Below are positions 39,274 to 48,512 of a DNA stretch of 64,000 nt, piece after piece. Numbering within the stretch: position 1 is the stretch's first letter; the number at the start of each line of letters is the position of its first letter. The translations under genes and the position numbers were made by a program. The notes beneath the pieces were generated by a model. That model made no database searches, was not told where the DNA came from, and saw only the letters and a list, made by a program, of their open reading frames with translations. Source of the DNA: Pseudomonadota bacterium (GTDB taxonomy: Bacteria > Pseudomonadota > Gammaproteobacteria > UBA1113); contig JAJXVU010000009.1 in the NCBI GenBank assembly GCA_021781965.1, forward strand, positions 806 to 64,805. The letters are read 5' to 3'.

Positions 39274-41787
39274 ATGGGAGGTTATATGAATACAGCGTCA
39301 CGCGGTAGTTCAGAGGATATTACGCATACAGAGAGATTTTGTAACTATAGTAATGATATTTTGATAAGCCTTTCAAAAAATTTTATAATCACTTCCTTTA
39401 ATCGACAAGCAGAAAAATTCTATAACTTACCAATAGAAGACAGTTTAGGCAAAAAATACGACAAAATATGCGGCCAAAACAAGATAAATTATAAAGAGTT
39501 AGTCAACGCTATCAATGACGCATTATCTAGTAAGAGTCAAACGTCTGTTGAAGAAAATCTATATGACAGTGTTTTCATTAAATGGAAAGTTATTCCCGTA
39601 GAGTCATTGGAAAATAACAAACCAATTGTATTGCTTATTGGTAGAAACATATCTGAACAACATAAAAATAATGCTGAACTTATGAATGCTCGGCTTGAGG
39701 AAGACAGGAAAAATAAACTTATTAATGATCTGGAGACTTCTATAATGATCATTAAAAATGAGTTGCGTCATGAGCGTGATACGAGGATAAGTTTAGAAAA
39801 TCTACTGGCTCATATGCCAGGTAATGTTTATTGGATGGATAAGAGCGGTATACAGTTGGGTTGCAATAATAATGTCCTTTCCATGTTGGGGATATCTCGT
39901 GAAAATTATATTGGTAAAACCTATGAGGAACTAGCGCAAATGGCCAACTGGCCTGAGGGACTGTCTGAAAGATTTAAGCAAGATGATATTGAAGTGATGC
40001 GGACGGGGCTACCTAAATTCAATGTAGAAGATCCACCCTTGCCCCATACTAATGGTACTTTTTTACATTTACTGACAAGCAGAGTTCCTTTGCGAGATGC
40101 TGAAAATAATATCATTGGTGTTGCTGGGATCTCGATTGATATCACTGAACGCAAGAAATCTGAACAAGAATTACTCAGAGCTAAAGAAGCAGCTGAAGCA
40201 GCCAATAAAGCAAAAACTGATTTTGTGCAAAATATGCAGCATGATATTAGGACACCCTCTGCTGGCCTTTGGGGTGTGCTCGATGTTTTAGCTAAAGCAG
40301 AAATTGACGGTGATAAAAAAGAAGCCTTGAATATGGCAGTTACTGCTAGTAAGAGGCTTTTGGATTTATGTAATGATGCTGTTGAATTTGGAGATTTGGA
40401 AGGAGGGAATACTAGACCTCAACTTGAAAAAGCTCTGGATGTGCGTGCGCTTGTTAAATCTGTGGTTGAGCTTAATCTACCCGCTGCTTTCGCTAAAGAT
40501 TTGGCAGTTGACTTTAAAGTTGATAGTTCAGTCCCTAACTATATCATGAATGATGAGTTTAGAATAAGTCGGATCTTAATCAACTTGCTAGGGAATGCGA
40601 TAAAATTTACTAATGAGGGAGAAATATCCTTAAATATGACGGCAAAAATTAATAAAGAAGAACGCCGTGGATTGTTAATAATAAAGATAAAAGATACCGG
40701 CGTCGGAATCGCCCAAGACAAGATCAAAAGTATTTATGAGAAATTTACCCGTGCCGTGGCTTCTAACACTAATAAATATCCTGGGACGGGGTTGGGTCTT
40801 TATGTGGTAAAGACTTTTATTGATGAGTTAAATGGTGATATTGAAGTTGAAAGTCATGAGAACCAAGGCTCTTCTTTTATATTGTCGATTCCATTTAAAA
40901 TCCGATGGGCGGATTTAGATAATCCTGGAGAACAGATTGATGAGCGATTTACTTCTCCTCTTCGTGGGAAAGAAGAAGAGAAGAGCCACGTTTTAAAAAC
41001 GAAATCCGAGTCTACAAAAGAAAAAACACCGTTTACCCATGAGCTGTTCATTATTGAAGACGACAAAATTTGTCTTTTTGCAGAGAAACAATTGTTGACA
41101 GCGTTCACAAATAAAATTGATAGTGCAGAAAATGTAGCTGAAGCTTTAAAAAAACTAGCATTAAAGCGCTATGATTTAGTAATCTCCGATTTAGGTTTGC
41201 CCGATGGCTCGGGTAACGATATTGTTGCAAAGATCAAAACTATGCCAGAATCACCTAATTATAAAACACCTTTTGTAGCGATGACAGCGCATAAAGATGC
41301 ATTAAAGCATCAACAAGCTATGGACGCAGGATTTGCAGCCACTAACACTAAGCCTTTAGGGACAGATAAAGCAGTAGAACTTTTAAAAACATATCCCGCA
41401 CAAGGGGCAGTAACATCGCCTAAAGAAGAAGGGCTTGCAGTAATTGATTTAGCTTTAGGGATGCAACGAATTGCGGCTAAGAGTGAAGGCGAGGCAATAG
41501 AAGCCTTAGGTATTCTATTTGAAACTCTGCAAGAAGATATCCCCGCATTGCAAGAGGCAGAAAAGAATAACGATATTAGAGGAGCGCGTGAGGTCTTGCA
41601 TAAAATACGCGGTGGTTTGTGTTATAGTGGTACGCCACGTTTAGAAAAAGCTTTTGCGGTATTACATGATGAAGTGAAGCGTACACCGGAGCCGCGCAAA
41701 ATAGACTATCTGTTTTCGTTAGCTTATGATGAAGTCAAACTTTTCTCTGAACAATTTAAGGAGTTGATCTGGGGGAAACGAAGCTAG
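39274..41787 (+). CDS. Hybrid sensor histidine kinase: PAS/PAC x2, HisKA, HATPase_c, REC and C-terminal HPt
   Basis: H-box MQHDIRTPSAG. G-boxes GTGLGLYVVKTF. Receiver LVISDLGLPDGSG. HPt LHKIRGGLCYSG. No signal peptide or TM segment, so cytoplasmic. Confidence 0.85.
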   Translation: MGGYMNTASRGSSEDITHTERFCNYSNDILISLSKNFIITSFNRQAEKFYNLPIEDSLGKKYDKICGQNKINYKELVNAINDALSSKSQTSVEENLYDSVFIKWKVIPVESLENNKPIVLLIGRNISEQHKNNAELMNARLEEDRKNKLINDLETSIMIIKNELRHERDTRISLENLLAHMPGNVYWMDKSGIQLGCNNNVLSMLGISRENYIGKTYEELAQMANWPEGLSERFKQDDIEVMRTGLPKFNVEDPPLPHTNGTFLHLLTSRVPLRDAENNIIGVAGISIDITERKKSEQELLRAKEAAEAANKAKTDFVQNMQHDIRTPSAGLWGVLDVLAKAEIDGDKKEALNMAVTASKRLLDLCNDAVEFGDLEGGNTRPQLEKALDVRALVKSVVELNLPAAFAKDLAVDFKVDSSVPNYIMNDEFRISRILINLLGNAIKFTNEGEISLNMTAKINKEERRGLLIIKIKDTGVGIAQDKIKSIYEKFTRAVASNTNKYPGTGLGLYVVKTFIDELNGDIEVESHENQGSSFILSIPFKIRWADLDNPGEQIDERFTSPLRGKEEEKSHVLKTKSESTKEKTPFTHELFIIEDDKICLFAEKQLLTAFTNKIDSAENVAEALKKLALKRYDLVISDLGLPDGSGNDIVAKIKTMPESPNYKTPFVAMTAHKDALKHQQAMDAGFAATNTKPLGTDKAVELLKTYPAQGAVTSPKEEGLAVIDLALGMQRIAAKSEGEAIEALGILFETLQEDIPALQEAEKNNDIRGAREVLHKIRGGLCYSGTPRLEKAFAVLHDEVKRTPEPRKIDYLFSLAYDEVKLFSEQFKELIWGKRS

Positions 41788-42024
41788 TATTTTATCAAGC
41801 TTGCTGAGTTGTATAGAAAAGATACATGGCTGTCAACCAATATTCTGCTGCTCACAAACAAATAATTAGAACTATGGGTTATTACAGTGGTTACCTCATT
41901 GTTAATCAATGAATTTGTGTAGACTATTTGATCCCTAAATAAAGAATATATTGTCCACAAAGTCGCCATAATCCCTGCTCAGTAACATTCTCGACGTAGC
42001 TGGCTTTCTACCCCCAATTTTGCG

Positions 42025-42030
42025 TATAAT
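42025..42030 (+). promoter_or_regulatory. Candidate -10 hexamer TATAAT upstream of rph
   Basis: tttgcgTATAATgctgtc lies 29 bp upstream of the rph ATG. Confidence 0.3.
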
Positions 42031-42058
42031 GCTGTCATTTTCTAAAACGAGGTTAACC

Positions 42059-42775
42059 ATGCGCACCAATGACCGCTCTAATGATGAGCTACGCCCGATC
42101 CGCTTTACCCGTTCCTATACCAAACACGCCGAAGGATCGGTATTAGTCGAATATGGCGATACCAAAGTCTTGTGCAACGCCAGCATCATCAGTGGTGTGC
42201 CGCGCTTTTTAAAAGGCAGTGGCAAAGGTTGGTTAAGCGCCGAATATGGCTTATTGCCTAGAGCCACGCACGAGCGCAACGAACGCGAAGCCGCTAGAGG
42301 CAAACAAAGTGCGCGTACAGTGGAAATTCAGCGTTTAATAGGTCGCGCACTGCGTCCAGCTATTAATTTATCATTGCTGGGTGAAAATACCATACAATTA
42401 GACTGCGATGTCATTCAAGCCGATGGTGGCACGCGTACCGCCGCTATCAGCGGTAGTTGTGTAGCCTTATACGATGCCATTGCTTATTTGCGCAAACGCC
42501 AATTTTTAAATGAATCGCCGCTAACGCATTGGGTTGCAGCAGTATCAGTAGGTTTCCACAATCAAAAAGCTTTACTGGATTTGGAATATACGGAAGACAG
42601 TCAAGCTGAAACGGATCTCAATGTAGTGATGGATGAAGAAGGTCGTTTTATAGAAATTCAAGGTACAGCTGAAGGACAAGCTTTTAGCCGCAACGATCTA
42701 GATCAAATGCTGCTATTAGCAGAAAAAGGGATCAAAGAAATTATTGAATTACAAAAAAGTGTAGTGTCTGCATGA
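42059..42775 (+). CDS. rph: Ribonuclease PH
   Basis: Colinear with E. coli Rph from the start [14 protein letters not shown]. The ORF-track N-extension is rejected. Confidence 0.95.
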   Translation: MRTNDRSNDELRPIRFTRSYTKHAEGSVLVEYGDTKVLCNASIISGVPRFLKGSGKGWLSAEYGLLPRATHERNEREAARGKQSARTVEIQRLIGRALRPAINLSLLGENTIQLDCDVIQADGGTRTAAISGSCVALYDAIAYLRKRQFLNESPLTHWVAAVSVGFHNQKALLDLEYTEDSQAETDLNVVMDEEGRFIEIQGTAEGQAFSRNDLDQMLLLAEKGIKEIIELQKSVVSA

Positions 42776-42797
42776 CACGCGGAGACTGAATTTTATT

Positions 42798-45700
42798 ATG
42801 CCAGAAAAATTTGACATTAATACGCTCTTTAAAAATCATTTTTCTCCAGGATGCGTAAGTTACGGTCGTGAAATATTTTTACATAAGCAAGTATCTAAGT
42901 TAACCTTTCGCAGCGGGCAAGCCGTGGGCGCAACGGTACAAGGCAGCGGCACGCAAACTTACCGCGTTAATATCGTATTAGAACCCTCAAAGCACGCACG
43001 CAGTAATATCATTGGCACTTGCTCTTGTTCCATGGGTTTTAATTGTAGGCACGTAGCCGCAGTGTTGTATCAGTTGGAAGCCAATATGGATAAGGCTATA
43101 CGCAATTATGCCGGTTTTGAAAAAGCCAGGTATCACCTCTGGGAAACTTGGTTAGACGAAACTTATACCTCTACAAAAGAAGACTCCTTAAAAGAGAACT
43201 TGCAAGACGAAGTATTATTATATGTGTTCTCTTTTGGTTTTGAAGAAGATCAACCGCGGCATTTATTTATCGACTTGTATCAAAGCAAGGCGCTCAAAAA
43301 AGGAGGCTATAGCCTCAATGCCATTAAACCGGCTAAACTGGTCGATATGCGCGATTTAGCATTACTAAGCAGCATCGATATTACTTTATTACAGAACCTA
43401 CGGCAATACCGCCTATACAACTCTGCCGACTTAGGCGAGCGTTATCGCTTACACTCAGAAACACCGGCAGACATGATCAGCACCATAATCAAAACCGGAC
43501 GTGCTTTTTGGCAAGCAGCAACAAAACCCTTAACCTGGCAAGAAGAAATAGAAACCATCCACTTAGATTGGCATCGTTTAAGTCACGGTGGCTTTAAATA
43601 TTTAGCGCACACAAAAGATAATGCGATATTATCACTATGGCCAGTTACACCCTTTCTATATTACAACGCCAAAACCCAACAAGTAGGTCCTATTGACACT
43701 GCCTTATCGACTAACACTTTGAAACACTGTTTGGCCATGCCAGTTTATTATCCCGATCAAGGTGAATTTTTAAAACCTGCTTTTGATGCTTGGGCACAAG
43801 CACACAAGCTACCTCCTTTGCCAATTGCCAGCAAAACTGAACAGCGCATCGTAACACCTACCGCAACTCTCACTTTATACAGCACGGACAGTTCACGCAT
43901 ATTATCGTCTAATTCTACTGTGGCACGTTATCATCGTTACGAATCTAATTATAGCTATGCAGGCATCACCTTTCATTATGAAGTCGTTTCCTGCCAACCC
44001 GATACTTATGAACACAATTTATATGATTTAGACGGTGACATGTTGTTTGTCTATCCTAGACAATGGGATATTGAAAAAAGCTATCTACAACAATTAAGCG
44101 AGCGGGGCGTTTATCGTTTTGATGAGAAAAGCCCTGTTTTCGTGAAAAAGGATTTTGCACATTATTTCCATATAGGTGATAGCAAAGCAGATGTATCTCA
44201 TTTTTTAGCCTCGGCAGAGCAAGAATTGCCACCCTTAGGATGGGACATCCTTTACGACCCGAGTTTCATCTATGCCCCTGCCGCTGTCTATGATGATTGG
44301 TATGGTGAAATAAAGGAAAGTACCAAAAAAGATTGGTTCTCTTTAGAAGTCGGTATTGTGATCGATGATGAAAAAGTTAATTTGATCCCCGTGTTGGCGA
44401 AGCTGTTACAAACCAATTATGCAAATTCCAGTCTGGCGGCTATTTTAGATCTAGATCCCAATGAATTATTAGAACTCATTTTAGACGACGGCAAAAAAAT
44501 AGCGATCCCTATGCACCGTTTTCAAGCCATTTTACTGACCTTAACTGAAATTTATGACAAAACCAATTTAAAAGACAATGAATTGCCTATCAATGCTTTA
44601 TTCGCCTCGCAACTCATAGGTCATAAGGAAAACTTCTCCTTACCACAAATACAATGGCAAATACCGCCCGAATTACAACATCTCAGTCAAAAGTGGCATG
44701 CTTTTCCTTTATCTAAAGATATATTACATCCCACCGATAGTTTTAAAGGTGAATTAAGGCACTATCAATTGGAAGGCTTAACTTGGTTGCAATTCTTAAG
44801 AAAACACAATTTAGCAGGCATTCTAGCGGATGATATGGGCTTGGGTAAAACAGTGCAAACGCTAGCACATTTAGCGATGGAAAAAGATCTGGGTCGCGCT
44901 AAGAAGCCTATCTTAATTATCTCACCTACAAGCTTGGTGACTAATTGGCACAGTGAAATCAAAAAGTTCACTCCCAGTTTAAGCGTATTAATACTACAAG
45001 GTACAGACCGCTCTAACGAAAAAGAGGTATTAGCGCAACATGACATTATCCTCACAACTTATGCCGTCATCTTGCACGATCAACCCTTGCTAGAACAATT
45101 GTCTTATTACTACATCATTTTAGATGAAGCGCAATGGATCAAAAATGCCAATACCAAAGCCTTTGCTACCGTAACACAATTAAAAACCGAACATCGTTTG
45201 TGCCTAACTGGCACACCTATGGAAAATCATCTGGGCGAGCTATGGTCTTTATTCCATTTCTTATTACCCGGCTATTTAGGCAATCAAAAATCATTTAATA
45301 GATTATTTAGGCAGCCTATTGAAAGAGATAACGATGCCGCTCGCAGATTAGCCTTACAAAAACGCATTGCTCCCTTTTTATTACGCCGTGCTAAAAGCGT
45401 CGTCGCCGCTGACTTACCACCCAAGAATGAAATGATACAATTAATTGACATGAACGAAGAGCAAGCAACCCTTTATGAAAGCATACGACTGAGTGTAGGC
45501 AACAAAATACAAAAAATACTGGCACAAAAAGGTTTTGCGCAAAGTCATATTGAGATCTTAGATGCACTATTAAAACTGCGCCAAGCGTGTTGTGACCCTC
45601 GTTTAGTCAAATTGGCCTCAGCACAAAGTATTGCCCAATCGGCTAAATTAGAATATCTGCTGTCGGTCTTACCCGAAATGATAGAAGAAGGCCGCAAAAT

Positions 45701-46151
45701 ATTGTTGTTTTCCACCTTCACCAGTATGTTAAGTTTAATTGAACCCGAATTAAAAGCATTAGGAATTCCTTATGTTTTATTAACGGGTAGCACCAAAGAC
45801 CGACAAACCCCAGTGAGCCGCTTTCAAAATGGCGAAGTGCCGCTATTCTTATTAAGCTTAAAAGCTGGCGGCACTGGCTTAAACCTAACTGCTGCCGATA
45901 CGGTGATCCATTATGATCCATGGTGGAATCCTGCCGCCGAGAACCAAGCCAGCGATCGCGCCCATCGTATAGGGCAAAACAAAGCGGTCTTTATCTATAA
46001 ATTGATTACTAGAGGCTCCGTAGAAGAAAAGATCATCCATCTGCAACAGAAAAAGCAAATGCTATTAAACGATATTTTCGCTAATGATGCCTCCGCTGGC
46101 GGTCGCTTAGAAGCGGACGATCTGAAGTATTTATTGGCGCCTATGGAATAA
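42798..46151 (+). CDS. SWIM zinc-finger / SNF2-family DEAD-like helicase (1117 aa)
   Basis: SWIM finger CSCSMGFNCRHVAAVL. SNF2 motifs LADDMGLGKT, DEAQWIKN and helicase-C GGTGLNLTAADTVIHYDPWWNPAAENQASDRAHRIGQ. Confidence 0.85.
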   Translation: MPEKFDINTLFKNHFSPGCVSYGREIFLHKQVSKLTFRSGQAVGATVQGSGTQTYRVNIVLEPSKHARSNIIGTCSCSMGFNCRHVAAVLYQLEANMDKAIRNYAGFEKARYHLWETWLDETYTSTKEDSLKENLQDEVLLYVFSFGFEEDQPRHLFIDLYQSKALKKGGYSLNAIKPAKLVDMRDLALLSSIDITLLQNLRQYRLYNSADLGERYRLHSETPADMISTIIKTGRAFWQAATKPLTWQEEIETIHLDWHRLSHGGFKYLAHTKDNAILSLWPVTPFLYYNAKTQQVGPIDTALSTNTLKHCLAMPVYYPDQGEFLKPAFDAWAQAHKLPPLPIASKTEQRIVTPTATLTLYSTDSSRILSSNSTVARYHRYESNYSYAGITFHYEVVSCQPDTYEHNLYDLDGDMLFVYPRQWDIEKSYLQQLSERGVYRFDEKSPVFVKKDFAHYFHIGDSKADVSHFLASAEQELPPLGWDILYDPSFIYAPAAVYDDWYGEIKESTKKDWFSLEVGIVIDDEKVNLIPVLAKLLQTNYANSSLAAILDLDPNELLELILDDGKKIAIPMHRFQAILLTLTEIYDKTNLKDNELPINALFASQLIGHKENFSLPQIQWQIPPELQHLSQKWHAFPLSKDILHPTDSFKGELRHYQLEGLTWLQFLRKHNLAGILADDMGLGKTVQTLAHLAMEKDLGRAKKPILIISPTSLVTNWHSEIKKFTPSLSVLILQGTDRSNEKEVLAQHDIILTTYAVILHDQPLLEQLSYYYIILDEAQWIKNANTKAFATVTQLKTEHRLCLTGTPMENHLGELWSLFHFLLPGYLGNQKSFNRLFRQPIERDNDAARRLALQKRIAPFLLRRAKSVVAADLPPKNEMIQLIDMNEEQATLYESIRLSVGNKIQKILAQKGFAQSHIEILDALLKLRQACCDPRLVKLASAQSIAQSAKLEYLLSVLPEMIEEGRKILLFSTFTSMLSLIEPELKALGIPYVLLTGSTKDRQTPVSRFQNGEVPLFLLSLKAGGTGLNLTAADTVIHYDPWWNPAAENQASDRAHRIGQNKAVFIYKLITRGSVEEKIIHLQQKKQMLLNDIFANDASAGGRLEADDLKYLLAPME

Positions 46152-46217
46152 CACTTGATGCTCACCCCAAAATAGGTTAGCCTAAGTAAATGAATTTCCT
46201 CTAGAAAAAGGATCTCA

Positions 46218-47789
46218 ATGAAACGACTCATTATTTTTAGCTTTTTACTTCTTATTCTGCCCGTCATTATCGTCCTCATGATGTGGTTTCCCCTCAAATT
46301 CATCATCGTTGCTGGCGTGTTTCTCGTCATTATCGGCTCTTATGACTTGCTACAAACCAAACATGCCATTTTGCGCAATTTCCCTATTTTGGGGCACCTA
46401 CGCTTTATACTGGAAGTGATCCGCCCTGAAATACAACAATATTTTATTGCTACTAATCAAAGCGAACGCCCTTTTAGTCGCGCAGTCCGTGCCCTAGTCT
46501 ACCAACGGGCCAAAAACGAACGCGATACCGAGCCTTTTGGCACACAAAATGATGTACGCACACCAGGCTATTTTTCCATACGCCATTCATTATCTCCCAC
46601 ACACTTAAGCCATGATGAAAGCTATGTCATGGTAGGCGGACCACAATGCAGCCAACCGTACTATGCCTCGCGCCTGAATGTGTCCGCATTAAGTTTTGGT
46701 GCCCTAAGCCCCAATGCTATTATGGCGCTGAATAAAGGAGCTAAATTGGGATCTTTTGCTCACAATACCGGTGAAGGCGGTTTAAGCCCTTATCATCTAC
46801 AAGGCGGCGATATCATTTTTCAACTGGGTACGGGCTTGTTTGGTGCCAGAACCCATGACGGTCATTTTTCTCCCGAAGAATTTATTAAAAAAGCTACATT
46901 AGACGTGGTTAAAATGATAGAAATCAAATTATCTCAAGGCGCTAAACCCTCACATGGCGGTATTCTTCCTGCAGCCAAGGTCAACGAAGAAATTGCAACC
47001 ATCCGCGGTATACCTCTAGGTAAAGATTGTATTTCCCCTCCCACTAACCCTGAATTCTCTACTCCCGAAGGCTTGTTACAATTTGTAGCGAAATTACGTG
47101 AATTGTCAGGCGGCAAGCCAGTGGGTTTCAAGTTATGTATAGGCGTACGTTCCGAATTTTTAAGTATCTGTAAAGCAATGCTTAAAACCGGCATTTTACC
47201 CGACTTTATTACAGTAGATGGATCTGAAGGCGGTACAGGCGCCGCTCCTGTAGAATTTGCCGATCACCTAGGCGAACCCTTGTTTCCTGCACTACGCTTC
47301 GTACGCAATGCCCTGGTGGGTACTAACCTCAGAGATAAAATTCGTATTATTTGCGCTGGTAAAGTGGCTACTGGTTTTGACATGATCGATAAATTCTGTT
47401 TGGGTGCAGACATGTGTAATTCCGCCCGTGCGATGATGTTTGCCCTAGGTTGTCTGCAATCGCTGCAATGCAATGCTAATACCTGCCCCGTAGGTGTCAC
47501 CACACAAAATCCACGTTTGGTCAAAGGCTTAGTGGTTAGCGACAAAGCGGTACGTGTTAAAAATTATCACGCTGCTACCATTGCAAGTTTGCTGGAATTA
47601 GCAGGCGCCATGGGAATTAAAAGTATTGCGGATTTAACCCCTAAGCATTTATTTAGACAAACCAGTAATTTTACGTCTAAAACGTATGCTGAATTGTATG
47701 AATTTCTAGAACCAGGCGTACTCTTAGGCAATGACATCCCAGAAAGTTTTGTGACGGATTGGGCGAATGCCAGTGCAGAGCGGTTTTAA
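46218..47789 (+). CDS. FMN-dependent glutamate-synthase-family protein (GltB central domain homolog) with N-terminal TM helices
   Basis: 523 aa. FMN/Fe-S region with Cys cluster CNSARAMMFALGCLQSLQCNANTCP. Hydrophobic N-terminus. Confidence 0.75.
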   Translation: MKRLIIFSFLLLILPVIIVLMMWFPLKFIIVAGVFLVIIGSYDLLQTKHAILRNFPILGHLRFILEVIRPEIQQYFIATNQSERPFSRAVRALVYQRAKNERDTEPFGTQNDVRTPGYFSIRHSLSPTHLSHDESYVMVGGPQCSQPYYASRLNVSALSFGALSPNAIMALNKGAKLGSFAHNTGEGGLSPYHLQGGDIIFQLGTGLFGARTHDGHFSPEEFIKKATLDVVKMIEIKLSQGAKPSHGGILPAAKVNEEIATIRGIPLGKDCISPPTNPEFSTPEGLLQFVAKLRELSGGKPVGFKLCIGVRSEFLSICKAMLKTGILPDFITVDGSEGGTGAAPVEFADHLGEPLFPALRFVRNALVGTNLRDKIRIICAGKVATGFDMIDKFCLGADMCNSARAMMFALGCLQSLQCNANTCPVGVTTQNPRLVKGLVVSDKAVRVKNYHAATIASLLELAGAMGIKSIADLTPKHLFRQTSNFTSKTYAELYEFLEPGVLLGNDIPESFVTDWANASAERF

Positions 47790-48361
47790 CATGTTAGACT
47801 TCTCACCTCTAAAGTTGCATCTGGCATACTGGCTATTATTTTTTTGGATATCGCGCTTCGTTGGAAAAATTGTACATAATCGCTATTAAAGGTTAAATTA
47901 GGCTCTTCTAGTTCTTCGTCTAGTTCTTCGTCTAGCTCTTCGTCTAGTTCTTCGTCTAGCTCTTCTTCTAGCTCTACAGCCTTTTTTTGTAAATTGACAA
48001 GGTTTTTCTCTAGTTCAGGCATAAGCTTTTGAGCGGCCTTAACCTCAGGTGAAATACCATCTACTGATTCTAAAATCCCTTGAATTAAAAGATTCTTTTT
48101 ATCAATTTCAAGCTTTGTTTGAGCTATAAGCTGGGTAATGAGTTCTAAGTTTCCCTGATTTTTTTCTTTGCTCTTGTTACATTTCTGCTGTTGCTCCTCT
48201 AACATTTCCTGAATCTCTATAAGCTCTTTTACATCTTCTTTTAAACAAGGTACAGTGCACCTCAATAGATTTTCTTTATTGTGTTCTATTTCGTGATGTT
48301 GTTGCACAATGGCGCTTTTAATACGTTCAAGAAGCACTACGCTCTCTTTATTTTTAGGCAT
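47786..48361 (-). CDS. Coiled-coil protein with a C-terminal acidic (EELD)n repeat; eukaryotic-like, candidate effector
   Basis: Start set at MPKNKE, where the preceding Shine-Dalgarno is AGAGGA. Heptad-rich. The run ELEEELDEELDEELDEELDEELEE is encoded by the 12-bp tandem repeat. Confidence 0.6.
   Translation of the reverse strand: MPKNKESVVLLERIKSAIVQQHHEIEHNKENLLRCTVPCLKEDVKELIEIQEMLEEQQQKCNKSKEKNQGNLELITQLIAQTKLEIDKKNLLIQGILESVDGISPEVKAAQKLMPELEKNLVNLQKKAVELEEELDEELDEELDEELDEELEEPNLTFNSDYVQFFQRSAISKKIIASMPDATLEVRSLTC
47903..47976. repeat. 12-bp tandem repeat (GAGCTAGACGAA-like, about 6 copies) encoding the (EELD)n tract
   Basis: ctagttcttcgtctagttcttcgtctagctcttcgtctagttcttcgtctagctcttcttctagctc. 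Confidence 0.85.
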
Positions 48362-48512
48362 GATTACTATCCTCTTTATAATTCGGCAAAAAATTAACAA
48401 GGATTCTAACACAAAAATAATATAAATCAATGGGATGATGGAAAAAAGCTCTTTTCTGAAGTAAACTCCCCCGCCTTTTACAGAGGAGTTCGGATAAATT
48501 ACTGCTATATTA

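Noticed and set aside
42020-42058. ORF-track start of rph at 42020 ([13 protein letters not shown]...)
   Set aside because: Alignment to RNase PH begins at MRTNDRSN (42059), and a TATAAT box lies within the proposed extension.
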